Source: Myxococcota bacterium
GTDB lineage: Bacteria; Myxococcota; UBA4151
Assembly: GCA_040260805.1 (NCBI GenBank)
Contig: JBDQPD010000014.1
Location: 1-45,532, forward strand
Reading direction: 5' to 3'
Length of the DNA: 45,532 bases
Made by a program: the position numbers and the translations under genes. Shown piece after piece: positions 44,305-45,532 of the stretch. The stretch's first letter is position 1, and each line of letters begins with the position of its first letter. Below the pieces are notes generated by a model, which saw only the letters and a program-made list of their open reading frames with translations, was not told where the DNA came from and ran no database searches.

Positions 44305-45532
44305 ATGAGCCGACGTCATTATACAGTCGCTGTTGCGCTTTTCAGCCTCGGTTTGGGCTGCGCCAGCGCACCAATCGAAAACTCTGTTAGCGAAAGCCCT
44401 TCGGGGAATATGCCGACAAGCGCCGATGATTCGGCGATTTTGGATGCATGGATGGCCGCGAGTCGTGGGCAGGCCGCGGGGAAGCGCGCGGCCGAGGCCG
44501 AGCCCTTCCGTCCCAAAGCGGATGAGACCGACCCGGTCAAACTGGTTCAATGGGCAGTAGTGCAGCCTGACCGACAGGCAGGCTGGAGAGCGTGCCTTGA
44601 GCTCAAATCCCAGCAAGACCGAGGTAAACTCAACGCTTTTTCGCCATGGCCATTTGTCTGCCGAGCGATGCTGCTTGCGGAGCAGCGCATGTTTAGCCAG
44701 AGCGACCGCATGCTCGGTGCGAGCAATATTGCGCTAGCATCCATCGAGGTAGCGTACGTCACCGGCCACCTATCCAAACGCCGCTTCGACAAGGTGCGAG
44801 CTCACCTCGACAGAGCGCGCGCTGCGGTCCCCGACCACCCCTTGCTCGATTTCCTCTCGAGCAAGGTGGCGACCGATAAAGCTGAAGAGCTTGTTTACCT
44901 TGAAAAGGTTTACGCCAAGGACAAACGTCACTTTGAGGTGCTGACTCGACTGGCGAAGTTTTACGACGAGAAAGGTGACTCGAAAGCAACCGAGTTACTC
45001 CTCGCAGCTGCCGACGTGAACCCAAAGAACACCGACATGCGTTTAGCGCTCGCCGCTCGATTCCAAAAAGAGGGGAAAACAGATCAGGCGCGCGAACAAT
45101 ACCTAGCGCTGATCGAAGCGGTACCCTTCCATGAAGGTGCGCTCACCTTTCTCGCCGACGATGCCAAGCAGCGAAAGGACAAACCTTCCGAGCTCAAATA
45201 CGTCCAGGCGATGATCAAAGAGATCAAAGACACCAAAGTCCGGCGAGCGCGCGAGGCTGAACTCCTCGCCCAGACCAACCAATCTGAAGCCGCGGAAAAA
45301 GCCTATAAGAACCTGCTTGAACGCGATCCCAAAATGGTCGCTGGCAATCTCTACCTTGCGAAAGTGTTGCTGGCGCGCGGCAAGCCATTCAAAGCCATCG
45401 CTCGCTACATCAAAGCAGGCGAGGCTGGACGCAAAGAGCTCAGCGCGCTGGGCGAGCGATACGAGGTTGGAAAGCCGCTGCCATCCAAGGGCCGCTCACT
45501 CAACCCGACCATTTGGGCGGCTGAGGCGAAGC
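44305..45532 (+). CDS. TPR-repeat lipoprotein, truncated by the window edge
   Basis: Not in the ORF track. Manual translation from ATG 44305 (AGGAG RBS) gives MSRRHYTVAVALFSLGLGC (lipobox) and TPR-like segments such as ADVNPKNTDMRLALAARFQKEGKTDQAREQY. Confidence 0.8.
   Translation, partial: MSRRHYTVAVALFSLGLGCASAPIENSVSESPSGNMPTSADDSAILDAWMAASRGQAAGKRAAEAEPFRPKADETDPVKLVQWAVVQPDRQAGWRACLELKSQQDRGKLNAFSPWPFVCRAMLLAEQRMFSQSDRMLGASNIALASIEVAYVTGHLSKRRFDKVRAHLDRARAAVPDHPLLDFLSSKVATDKAEELVYLEKVYAKDKRHFEVLTRLAKFYDEKGDSKATELLLAAADVNPKNTDMRLALAARFQKEGKTDQAREQYLALIEAVPFHEGALTFLADDAKQRKDKPSELKYVQAMIKEIKDTKVRRAREAELLAQTNQSEAAEKAYKNLLERDPKMVAGNLYLAKVLLARGKPFKAIARYIKAGEAGRKELSALGERYEVGKPLPSKGRSLNPTIWAAEAK

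Overview
A densely packed chromosomal window, most likely from a Myxococcota-type deltaproteobacterium. This is inferred from MYXO-CTERM-like C-termini, myxobacterial Cys-rich repeats, many lipoproteins and a Haliangium-type microcompartment locus. No integrase, transposase, CRISPR array or phage gene was seen. Housekeeping content: a partial ABC1/UbiB kinase, a lysophospholipase, dapD-dapE coupled to a BtuF/BtuD/BtuC-like ABC importer, ppiD, tRNA-Arg(CCG), tRNA-Ala(GGC), moaA and a lid-less Hsp70. Two loci stand out. (1) 1963-9288 (-) is a seven-gene operon encoding only exported proteins: three or four LPP20/FlgP-like lipoproteins and three CsgG/FlgO/FlgT-like proteins, one carrying a Lys/Cys-rich double beta-hairpin. 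It has no flagellar or curli genes and is a candidate undescribed envelope ring or pore system. (2) 30142-34084 (-) is a bacterial microcompartment operon (BMC-T, BMC-H, BMC-P, acylating aldehyde dehydrogenase, BMC-T) in the gene order of the functionally uncharacterised Haliangium ochraceum locus. It has no signature enzyme, is coupled to an extra TPR/membrane gene, and only the hexamer gene starts with ATG. Also present: a 2538-aa Ig/cadherin-repeat surface protein, an IPT/TIG-repeat lipoprotein, a surface-anchored M23 peptidase, and a class III cyclase-STAND protein with a degenerate P-loop coupled to a membrane protein. All family calls come from motif recognition by eye; no database search was run.
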